This document shows, piece after piece, positions 53,863-64,000 of a stretch of DNA of 64,000 nucleotides. The stretch lies in the NCBI GenBank assembly GCA_012295275.1, contig CM022677.1, positions 9,734,001 through 9,798,000 of the forward strand, given 5' to 3'. The notes beneath the pieces are model-generated. The model worked only from the letters and a program-made list of their open reading frames with translations, had not been told where the DNA came from and searched no databases. Within the stretch, counting starts at the first letter, position 1; the number at the start of each line of letters is the position of its first letter. The translations under genes and the position numbers were made by a program. Source of the stretch: Chrysomallon squamiferum (Eukaryota > Animalia > Mollusca).

Positions 53863-54181
53863 TTAGATTAAAATGTTTGGCAAATTATTGCTATTACAGC
53901 GGCAAACTGGGCAGCCATTTTTGCCTGTTGCAAATCCGTTCTTACAGTATAGATCACACAACACAAGAGGGCAGTCTGAGAAATAAGCAAATAAATTAAT
54001 TCATTAGGTTAATTAATTATACAATTAATAAATGAAATAAAATAAAATGATAAACTAGGTTTTTTTTTTTTTTCTTGTTTTAGTTCTTTGTTACTACTAC
54101 TACGTTTCTGTTATTATTATTACAACTGCTACTACTACTACCACTACTATTATTTATATTTTTATTGTTTCTGTTATTATT

Positions 54182-54244
<63 letters not shown>

Positions 54245-54559
54245 ATTATTATTATTATTGCTACTACGTCTACCAATAATATTTATATTTTTGATTTTGT
54301 TCTGTTATTATTACTGCTGCTACTAGGTCCACTACTACTATTTATGTTATTATTGTTTCTATTGTTACTATTGAATTATTATTATTGTTATTATCATCAT
54401 CATCATAATCATTATTATTATTGCTGTTGTTGTTGTTGTTGATGTTGTTATTGTTACTATGTATAATTATTAACATAATTGTTATTTTCTTCTTCATATT
54501 GTTATTATTGTTGTTGTTACTGCTATTATTATCATTTTTATTGCTGAAGATGGTGAAAC

Positions 54560-54615
<56 letters not shown>

Positions 54616-55942
54616 CTGGTAATACTTTGTTTGGGATGGGAATACGGCCTGCTCACCAATATGTAGATTCGGCTGACATGTATGACCACACCCATTAGAT
54701 CTGCAGCTCTGACCCGCGGGGCATGATCCTGGTGTACACATTTCTGCACAAATTCCAAATGACATTTCGCGCGGCCACGCGCTGACAACTAAAAATAGAA
54801 CAGCAACATTGTAATGTTTTCATTGTAATGTATTAAGAACGTTTTATACCGTTCACCCATACCCCTACTATTGTGGTTCAGTTTATACAATATAATAATA
54901 ATATTAATAACTATTAATCTTACTACTACTGTTACTATTATTACTGTTACTACTACTACTAATTACTAACTACTACTACTACTGTTACTCTTACTATTAC
55001 TACTACTGTTACTTCTACTAGTTACTACAATTACTATTAATTTTGCTACTGCTCTTGTTATTATTACTGATATTGATATTACTGTTACAACTAGTACTAC
55101 TACCACTACCACTATTACTATTGCTTTTAAGACTGCTACTACTGCTAGTACTAGTTACTACTATCATTATTATTACTACTACTAGTTCTATTATCGATTA
55201 CTATAACTTATTATTACTATTACTTCTCTTGTATTACTGCTATTAAAATTATTTTACTACTGCCTCTTTCTATTATTAGAATGGCTGCTATTAATACTAC
55301 TAATACTAGTATTATTATTGCTGCTACTACTACTACTACAGATATTACCATTATTACCACCTCCGCCATCATCATTACCGCTATACGACTACTATTATAG
55401 GTACTTAGTAATAATTGCAGCTACAGTTCTTAATCTAGCTGTTAGCATATGTTCATTATATCAGGTTGTAACGAAAGTTCTGTCCGTCTTCTAAGTTAAA
55501 CCTAATTAATTTATGAATGTGACATTAAAGAGCACAATGACATTGGAAAGAGGTCACAGAGAAGAAAGCTGACTATTTTAATGATTAAATAAATCGTCTT
55601 TTTGAATTGTTTTATTAAGTCTTAATAGTTCATTTTAAAAATCCGGATTAAAAATTAATAAATTAAAGGTTATGTTTTCGCTATATTATTATCTAATGTT
55701 ATCATTTGAGTTGGTTTTAAATAATGCATTCTGAAATTAAATGTAATTTGTTTTTTTTAGTGTCAATATTTTTATTTTTTATTTTTTTCTGCTTATTATT
55801 ATTATTTTATTTTTATTACTTTGTTTAAAATTGAAATAATTAAAAAGACCACTAATCTATAAAATTAATAATTAAATAATTTAAATAATAACTTGCCTGT
55901 GAAACAGAAAATTATAATCAGGACTTTCATAGCGGGTGCCAT
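53863..55942 (-). CDS. Small secreted Cys-rich protein: signal peptide, WAP-like (6-Cys) domain and antistasin domain, 96 aa
   Basis: Exons 55942-55897 (GC donor ACAG|GCAAGT), 54788-54657 and 53975-53863, both introns phase 1. MAPAMKVLIIIFCFTVVSAWPREMSFGICAEMCTPGSCPAGQSCRSNGCGHTCQPNLHIDCPLVLCDLYCKNGFATGKNGCPVCRCNSNNLPNILI*; AATAAA about 30 nt after the stop. Confidence 0.85.
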
Positions 55943-56170
55943 CTCGTAGAGTGATATCAAAATATTAATAAATTCTAGTTCTGCGACGTGATTAAATCTA
56001 GAGTCAGTGAAGCGCATAGTACTAGACCTTATCATGTCATTTGTACACGAATCTGCTTAATATTTAACGAATGATATTTAATTATTTATTTATTTATTTA
56101 TTATAACTATTGTTAAATTGTCCCTTTAGAACTGGAGTTATGATGTCATCGTGTATATATCGGACTGACG

Positions 56171-56217
<47 letters not shown>

Positions 56218-56507
56218 GAAACCTTTAAAGAGAGAAACAAACAGAACATAATTTTATCTCAGTAAAATGTATCTGGATTGATTTTATATCAACAAAGATG
56301 CACTTTAAATATACTTTTGTTAACAGACCTGATACAGTCTAGTTGTTGCTACAGATTAGGGATTGGCTGTGTGGGAAGTAACAGAATTTTACTACATTCA
56401 GAAATACATATTTAGTTAAACACTGAGTGTATGTAAAAAGTGAAAGTGTCATACATTGATATTAATTAGTCTGTCGTAAAACAGACAGAAACATTTAGAT
56501 AGAGACA

Positions 56508-56828
56508 AACACACACACACAAGTACTCACATACATACATACACCCATACATACATACATACATACATACATACATACATACACACATACACACATACAT
56601 ATACCCACACATACACCCACACATACATACATACATACACCCACACATACATACATACATACATACATACATACATACACACACACATACATACATACAT
56701 ACACACACACATACACCCACACATACACACATACACCCACATATACATACATACATGCATGCACACATACATATTACGCACCAAACACGTTTACATACAT
56801 TTAGTTTGAATTATTTTTAATGTAAAAA

Positions 56829-56878
<50 letters not shown>
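56508..56878. repeat. Compound (ACAT)n/(AC)n microsatellite and a (TG)n tract between the divergent secreted genes
   Basis: Simple repeats seen directly; source of three spurious MYVC-type ORFs. Confidence 0.9.
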
Positions 56879-56880
<2 letters not shown>

Positions 56881-57906
56881 GATAGCTATATAAATGGATA
56901 GTTAGATTAGGTAGATAGATTTATATAGAAAGACAGATAGATTTTTACATTAAAAATAATTCAAACTGAATGTATATAAACGTGTTTGGTTTATAACTGT
57001 AACAATGAACGATCGTATAAAACATAACCTTGACTTAAGAAAACTCTGACCCGGAAAAACGACAGAAATGAAAATAAATGTCCTATAAAAATAATCTTTG
57101 TAAAGTAAAGTCTGTTTCTTAGATAACGAATATACACCAAGGTTTTCTCCAAACACTGACGTTGTGAAATATATTTCCTGTCAGTTCATCCAAACAGCGT
57201 CAGCACGTCACTGCGACAGTTCAACACCTGCAGCAAGTTGAGTTTGCTCGTCAAAGACGTGTGCACGTACGTACGCCATATGCTGTCTTCAGCAAGGCAG
57301 TACGTGGTGAGGGCGACGACATCGATGATGTAATCATAAAAATAATTCGTCTCAACTACTACTACATCTACTGCTGCAACTATTTGAATTACTACTATGC
57401 CACTATATTGCTACTACTCATCCTCCTTAGATATTTATTTATTTATTTTATTTTTATTTTTATTTTTTATTTTTGTTGTTGTTGTTTTAATTATTTCTTG
57501 TTATTATTATTATTATTATTATTAGTATTATTTCTGGCTTTACTTATTTTATTTATTTAGTTACTTTATTATATTTTATTTTACTTTATTAATTTATTAT
57601 GAGTGAAGTGGGGTTTACTTTTAATGGGGTCCATTTAAGTCCATTTATCTCTATTACTATAACTTCTGCTGTCATTACCATCCTCAGTATTTCTAGATCT
57701 ACCTCAACTATAGTTCTCTAAAATACTAAATTACTTCTACTTGAACCTTGGCAGTAAAGAACATTTTAAAAAGTACTACATCAAGTACGTATATTAATAT
57801 TTTTTCTTTCTTTTTAAATTTATGAATATCCTCATCAGACATGACTGGGTACGACGTATAAGATCGGTCATTCTGTTAACAACAAGTCAAGCGCTGTCTC
57901 TCACGA

Positions 57907-57990
57907 CTGACGTTAAACCTCTTTACAAAAATAAACACGACAGCGCATAAACGTCAGTATAAAACTGTTACTGTCCTTATGTCGCGTCAT
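57907..57990 (+). promoter_or_regulatory. TATA-containing core promoter of the Pro-rich antistasin gene
   Basis: TATAAAA at 57958-57964, about 55 nt upstream of the ATG at 58015, flanked by TGACG/CGTCA half-sites. Confidence 0.6.
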
Positions 57991-58014
57991 AAGGGATACA
58001 CACTTTGCACGGGC

Positions 58015-59549
58015 ATGGAGCCTGCACCGGTGATCGCATTACTTACGCTTCTTGTTGTGACGGTCAGAGGTATGCCAGTCTAGTGATTAATATTCATTAA
58101 TAATCAATATTTAAATCATCTATTTAAAACGCTATTTGATTTGTTATTACGATTATGGCTACTACTACTACTACTACTGCCACTGTTAAATGCTACTGTT
58201 ACACTATAATTGCTATCTGCCTGTCGAACTATACTACTACTATATTAATTATACTAATATGAGTAATATTATTCGGCAGCTCTATTCAAAAGTCTACAGT
58301 ACTACTTCTGCTAAGATTATCATATATAATATTTATAGTTAATTTTCTTCTGTTGCTATATTATTGTATATTATTTCTACTAATATTATAATACTATTGT
58401 ATTACGTCTAAAATATTATTATTGTATTACCTGTTCTATTGCTCTGCTGCAACAACTACTGCTACTATCACTGTCTTTCTATTATCATTACTACAAATAC
58501 TTAAACGTACTGAGAAAACTTTTACCATGGCTTCTAGTCTAAATATGGTTATATTCTTAATAATAATAATGATAATTATTGTAATAATCCTTGCAATTAA
58601 AATAACGATATAGTGTATATTATAGTAGTTGTTGGCGACGGTGCAGTTCACGCTGTAGTTGCAGAAGCAGTATTGATATGATGGTAGAAGTAGAAATAAA
58701 AGTAGTAGCAACAGTTGTTGTGGTAACAGTCGTAGGTGTACTGATAATGTTAGCAGACGCAATGGCGGTGATTGAAGTACTAGCATCATCATCAGTACCA
58801 GCGATAATAGTAGCAACTGAAACACTAGAAGTTCTAGTAGTAGTTTTAGTAACAGTAGTTTTAATATTAGAAGAATATATATTTTTGAAGTATGTTACGT
58901 ATATTTTTAAATTCAGCTTCACTGCAGTAGAAATAAGGTAGTAGTAGTATTATGAGCAGTAACACTACTAGTGGTAGTAGAAATAGATTAACCAGTTGTA
59001 ACAGAAGTAATTTATTTTTTATAGTTTTAATTAAGAGAATTGTTTTTTAAACAAATGCATAGAGCGAATGAGTTGTAATGTGTGTTTTTGTTATATTATT
59101 CTTATTGGTGTTACTAACATAAAAAAAAAAAAACTTTTGTTTTCGTTTATTTATTTATTATGTTGCTGTTGTTATTATAATATATGTTATTTCTTATCTT
59201 ATTCATTTTGTATGTCTGTTGTCTGTCTACTAATCTATCTGTCTGGTTACGTGTCTATCCTCCATCCATATATTATCTATCAGTCCGTCTGTGTGTGCGT
59301 ATGTCTCTCGCTATCTGTATGTCTGTTTATTTAGCTCTCTAAATAACTATCTGTCTGTCTGCCTTGTTATATATCTGTCTGTCTGCCTTGTTATATATCT
59401 GTCAGTATAAATCTATCTATATGTCTGTGTGTCTGTCTGCTTTTCTACCTACCTTTGTCCAGATCATTACATATTATATTAAGACGGACGTGTGGAAAAT
59501 ATTGAAAAACAAAAACAAAAATACCAAAACACATAATACAAACACATAA

Positions 59550-59620
<71 letters not shown>

Positions 59621-59673
59621 CTACAACTACTAATAATAAAAACAACAACAGCAATAATAATCAAATTTTAGAA

Positions 59674-59706
<33 letters not shown>

Positions 59707-60459
59707 AAAAAAAATCCACCATATAAACATTCAAATGCAACCTACATAAAAATTATTTATAACTTATAATATTCAGAAATGACAGTTTTGTTAAAATGCT
59801 GCAGTTTACAAAGACAATAATAAATCTGTAGGTTTGATGGAGTATGAAAGAATTTTGACAGACGAAGTCAAACTATATAATAAACAGGTCTTGGAGAAAC
59901 ATACAAATACAGCTAGAGTTTTACAAAGATATACATACGTACGGATTGGAATATTTATGTTCAACATACAAACAAAAGAAACACATTATTAAATTTATAA
60001 TGTCCCCAAAAGAGATCTTTTAATTATTTATAATTTTTGAAATCTTTTACTTTTATTGGTAATCTTTCATTTATGCATCTATCAATTTATCTAACTCTGT
60101 TTATATAAGTATTTCTTTCTGTCTAATTCCTTGCTTTCTACTCTCTACATCTTTCTATAAGTCTGTGTCTGTCTCACTTTGTATTTTTGTATGTAAGTTT
60201 GTATAATGTATGTAGATAGGTATGTAGGTACATACATATACATATGTAGGTAGGCATGTATGTACATACGCACATATGTATATATGTATGAATATAAAAT
60301 CTCTCTTATGTATTCTGTGTGTGTGCGGTCGCGCGCATACTTATGTGTGCATATGCATCTGTGTTTATATGTATATTGTGTCCATGTATGTGGTGTATGG
60401 TAGAAATATGTTTATAAATGAATGTATGTCTTTCTATCTGGCTTTCGAACTATATTCTA

Positions 60460-60495
<36 letters not shown>

Positions 60496-62706
60496 TAATC
60501 ATATTAAGCAGTTAACAAGCGTGTACAACAACGTCAGTTTAATATTTTGTTAATTCTGTTTTAAGTCTTCTAACGTGTGAAATGCTAACATAAAACATCT
60601 TTATTGTTCTTCGTGTTTAACAATTTTCCTGCGGATTAAGTAATCACTGACAGAAACGGGAAACGCTAAATCCAAGAGTGTCAGGAAAATGGCGAAACCC
60701 TGGCAACCGAAACAGGACAAAGGAAGTATAAAAATATAACAGAAAAGGTCAAGTTGAGATACAGCGGTTACTATGAGATAAATAATATTGTCTGACAGAT
60801 AGCAAAGTGATGTGGACGTCTGTGACAAGGACACCCCGTGTCCCAGCTCTAAACGGGAGTTGTAAATATTTGTAAGAAAAAGGAAAGATAAATCTATTTT
60901 GTGAGACGTTTCGTTCTGTCCGGAATGTCCGTTACCTTTCACGTTACCTTTCTGTCCTTCGAAATCTCGTTTTAAATATCCTAGTGGATTATGGGAAATA
61001 ATAAAACTAGTCTATGAATTAGAATAAAAATACTTGGATTAATAACAACAACAACAACAACAACAATAATGTTTTGCCCTAATTGTCTCTCATTTATTTT
61101 CTGAATTATTTCTCAGTTTATATTTGTTTATATGTCTAATGTCTAATTTATCCCCACCGTCTCTCTCAGTGTTATTTTTCTTCTTTTTTTTTTCAGGGCA
61201 GGGCCAAGCACCATATGATCCCAATTCTCCACTCCCGCCTCCTCCTCCAGGAAAATCATGTAAGTTTTTACGTAACGTGGTGATGAATAAATTTACATAT
61301 TTAATCTTGTTACATTTTAATTTTGTTTTAATTTTATTCACTGTTTCCTGCTCTGACGTTGACGTTGACATTTCCAACCTTTCATCTTTTCAAAAGATAT
61401 GCTGCAGGTGTTAAAAATTTATTTTTGAACGTCATTAATATTTATCACTTTTAAATATAATTTTCATACAGAGAAACGTAAATGTCCGACAATAAATGTC
61501 CATTATATATAATTAACTTAAATCGACAGAAAAACGGACTATTTTTTTGACCGATTATTTATCATATAAATAAATCGAACTTTTATTTACTGCAGGTCGA
61601 GACGTTTATTACGAAGTACAACTGTGTATTCTGAAAAAAATCAGTGTTTTGTTTCTTACTTCCTTCCATTTTTTGTTTTTCTTTCTTTATTTCTTTTCAT
61701 CTATGACGTAATAAAACAAAGCAAACTTCTGGAATGTCATACATTAATTGCATCATTTCTTGTTCATCTCGGCAGTAAAACTATCTGTTATAGTTCATCA
61801 TGTCTGCTTGCCTGACAGCCGCCTGAAAATATTTAAAAATGAAACAATCCGTCATCTGTTAGAATAACAAAAACAATAAATGTCTGGCACAAAAATGTAT
61901 TTTCAGCAAAAGTTATTGTCGCGTAAACGAACGTAAACTTGCAGTACTCTGATACGCTGTCGTCCATGACAGGTTGCAAGATTTATGCAGAAGGCGGAAT
62001 AGATTTTGTAACACCAGTCTGACACATTGCGTTCGTTTCATTACTTTGAGTAAAACAATTTGATTTATGTTGTAACTTTCAGGAAATTTTGAAGACAATT
62101 ATTATTTTAATCCTTTGAAATATAGTTTTAAAGTTTAGTCATGAAGACAGCTACAGTAAAGATAGATTGCATATTAACCCCAAATGAAAACAACTTAACC
62201 GCCATAGCACTAATAATTACAATAATAAATGTCGAATCATTATTTTTTTTTCGCATGTTCTTTAACAAAATTAGAACTGATCTGTTTTGTCTTCACAAAT
62301 AATATATTTGAAAATCAGTAACGTAAATGTTTAAATTAATATTTCAAACACTAACACTAATTATTATTATTATTATTGTTGTTGCTGTTATTGTTGTTGT
62401 TGTTGTTGTTATTGATGTTGTTGTTGTTATTGATGTTGTTGTTATTATTGTTGTTGTTACTAGACTGCCCTGCACCTCAATGTCCTATCAACTGTTTGGA
62501 GGCGACTCAGACAGTGTATGATGAAAACGGGTGTGAACGTTGTCAGTGTGTGGGACAATCCATACCACCACTACAGCCACCACCACCAGAACAACCACCA
62601 CCGCCACTTGAAGGGTGGGGACAACGACTGCCAGCCCAATCGCAATCAGATCTGTTACCATACGAGCCACCCCCTCCAAACCTGGACCTGCCGCCACCGC
62701 CACCAG
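58015..62706 (+). CDS. Secreted proline-rich protein with an antistasin-type domain; 3'-partial
   Basis: Exons 58015-58069, 61197-61259 and 62464-62706, all introns phase 1: MEPAPVIALLTLLVVTVRG-QGQAPYDPNSPLPPPPPGKS-YCPAPQCPINCLEATQTVYDENGCERCQCVGQSIPPLQPPPPEQPPPPLEGWGQRLPAQSQSDLLPYEPPPPNLDLPPPPP, then donor CAG|GTAGA; next exon not found in the window. Confidence 0.82.
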
Positions 62707-62752
62707 GTAGATAAATTGAAAATGTATGCATGCAAGTGAAAATGTCTCTCTC

Positions 62753-62798
<46 letters not shown>

Positions 62799-64000
62799 AC
62801 ATTATCTCTCTCATCTACGTGCATTGTCGTTCATATTAAAGAATGATCGCTTCATTTTTTTTTCAAGATTTGTCACTTTTCAGAGATTAAGATTTAAACT
62901 GACCTCAAGGCTTTCGTGTTACAGTTCAGGTTAAGACTGTAAATAAAACGTTTAGACATCCATTTCATTGACACTCATAAACATGTTACTATCAAACTCA
63001 AAGAAAACGCACAGAATGATTTCATTGTTGTCTGAAAATAAACTGACATCCGTCAAACACTGTCACACTGACCGAAATCTTAGTACAAGTCCTTCTGAAT
63101 TTGTTTTCAGTTTACAAAGAAAAAAACTCTGTCATACGAGATTTACAACATCTGTATGAATTATAAAGGAATTATTAATCGCGTGAAGCAGTTTTTTCTT
63201 ATGAGGCTATGAGGCATCAATCACAGCATTAAAATTTTGAAAAGCTGAAAATGGACACCTACGATTCATTCATTCTGAATCCTGAAAAAATATCGCCATG
63301 GGAGGGGCGTGCGAGGAACACTGCTTTTGAAGTTAACACAAATTTTTACTTGAACATCGTCGAACTTTATCAAACTGGCTCACTCATTCGGGAATCCTAA
63401 TATTAAAAGAAACAAACGGCATTTTTTCATTTAGAGAAATTTGACGTTTTAATTTGTTCCAAACCGAAATACATACAAATTACTTTCATACAATAGTTAA
63501 AAAAAAGGATCCAATTTATAATTCTAAGCCAGGATTCAGTGAAATTGTAGTTCTCAAAGAACGTAGAGTGTGTCGTCCTTGACCTTATCCTTAAGCCATA
63601 AAAAGAATCTAAGCAATGATGTACTCATAAAATATATATATAACAACAACAGAAATACAACACTTGTAAAGTTTTAATAATTTCTGCGTAGTTACAGTAT
63701 ACATTTCTTGCAGCTAATTATTACAAGCTTGTCAGTTTGCTGTTACACCCAACAAAGTTTATTGTGCAGTAGATAAAAATAGTAACAACATGGTTATCCT
63801 AAACAGTCTCTTTGTTGTGCGCTCGCAGTATATCATGGGATGTCGTGTAAACACGTACTGAATTTCCGTAACAACAAAACAGTATAATAAACAAGTACTT
63901 GCATTTCCGGTACAGATGAAACACCGTAAAAGGTTGTGTACCTGTTTGTTAAATAAATAACCTGTCAGATTGTTTATCATGTAGAATTATAATTATAATT

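Noticed and set aside
54088-59664. Poly-Cys/Tyr/Leu/Ile, MYVC-repeat and Thr/Val-rich ORFs
   Set aside because: Translations of (GTT)n, (ATT)n, (ACT)n and (ACAT)n simple repeats in introns and the intergenic spacer.
61596-61650. Extra exon of the Pro-rich gene after tttactgcag
   Set aside because: No convincing donor and no similarity to the Pro/Cys modules; exons 2 and 3 already join in frame.
62488-62824. Gly-rich minus-strand and His-rich alternative-frame ORFs
   Set aside because: Shadows of the Pro-codon-rich antistasin exon, whose frame is fixed by Cys spacing and splice phase.

Overview
AT-rich, microsatellite-rich, intron-containing animal genomic DNA; the protein families suggest a lophotrochozoan, probably a mollusc, but that is inference. 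Most ORFs in the supplied track are spurious, so I assembled genes by hand from GT/GC-AG junctions and phase continuity. Left half: two head-to-head genes, a minus-strand extended-SDR/NAD-dependent epimerase-like gene (10 exons, 14837 to 2287, running off the left edge) and a complete plus-strand Arkadia/RNF111-family RING-H2 E3 ligase (13 coding exons, 16261-28362, about 946 aa). Middle (33-53 kb): a mosaic of local duplications and transposon fossils (Gypsy, MULE, mariner/Tigger MITEs), a 24-bp VNTR and a decayed or orphan minus-strand gene starting MKWLSWCCPCLKRRKQ. Right end: a divergent pair of small secreted Cys-rich genes, one with a 6-Cys WAP-like domain plus an antistasin domain and a GC-AG first intron, the other Pro-rich with an antistasin domain and running off the right edge. 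I found no rRNA, intact tRNA or CRISPR. No database searches were run.
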